64,000 nt of DNA from Octopus sinensis (taxonomy: Eukaryota): contig NC_042999.1 in NCBI RefSeq assembly GCF_006345805.1, positions 155,682,001 to 155,746,000 of the forward strand, given 5' to 3'. The notes beneath the pieces are model-generated. The model worked only from the letters and a program-made list of their open reading frames with translations, ran no database searches and was not told where the DNA came from. Position 1 is the stretch's first letter. Every line of letters starts with the position of its first letter. The position numbers were made by a program, and so were the translations under genes. Below are positions 63,443 through 64,000 of this stretch, in pieces.

Positions 63443-64000
63443 TTATTAAGGCAGTGAGCTGGCATGCCAGACAAAATGCTTAGTAGGAGTTTGTCTTTAC
63501 ATTCTAAGTTCAAATTCAGCCAAGGTAGACTTTACCTTTCATCCTTTTGGGGTTGATAAAATAAGAACCAGTTGAACACTGGGGTTATTGTAATCAACTT
63601 ACCTTCGACCTCAAAATTGTTGACCTTGTGCCAAAATGTGAAATTATTATTATTATTATTAAGGTGGTAGGCTAGCTGAACCGTTAGCTGGCCAGGTGAA
63701 ATGCTTAGCGGTATTACGTCTACCGTTAGGTTCTGAGTTCAAATTTTGCTGTGGTCGACTTTGCCTTTTATCCTTTTGGGGTCGATAAAATTAGTACCAG
63801 TTACGCACTTGGATTGAGGTAATCAACCTAATCCCTTCCTCAAAATTTGAGGCCTTGTGTTTCCAGTAGAAAGGATTATTATTATTATGGCGAGCTGGCA
63901 GAATCATTAGCACACTGGACAAAATACTTAGTGGTACTTCAGTCGTCGCTACATACTGAGTTCAAATTCTGCTGTGGTCAACTTCGCCTTTCATCCTTTT
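63443..64000 (+). mobile_element. Three head-to-tail SINE A copies (the last runs off the window)
   Basis: Heads at about 63448, 63662 and 63888, each preceded by (ATT)n. B-box GAGTTCAAATT and central GCCTTTCATCCTTT(T)GGGGTCGATAAAAT..GTACCAG. Confidence 0.85.

Overview
This is 64 kb of AT-rich, repeat-dense animal genomic DNA. The retroposon families resemble those I recall from octopus genomes, so the species assignment is an inference. The window lies inside one large minus-strand gene of the MPRIP/TRIOBP/Drosophila outspread family (PH domain followed by a long coiled coil). Seven GT-AG coding exons join in frame, all at phase 0: 46357-46425, 45288-45341, 29107-29268, 26094-26732, 20324-20422, 9071-9223 and <1-1012. 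Two of them (20324-20422 and 1-1012) are absent from the ORF track. The introns contain three tRNA-headed SINE families, many 3'-UTR remnants of an RTE LINE, RTE, CR1/L2-group and Penelope-like coding relics, several MITE types (pogo/Tigger, hAT, piggyBac-like, Helitron-like), a Tc1/mariner end, and micro/minisatellites. The best leads are: a candidate internal first exon giving a TRIOBP-1-like short isoform; a 10-nt stop-containing microexon candidate whose donor is locked in a perfect hairpin; three phase-0 acceptors that all begin V-x-T-L; a 224-bp near-perfect palindrome; a SINE tail shared with a LINE 3' end; and hairpin-bearing tandem modules in the RTE 3' UTR. There are no prokaryotic features, CRISPR arrays, rRNA genes or true tRNA genes. 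Boundaries of degenerate repeats are approximate (about +/-20 bp).
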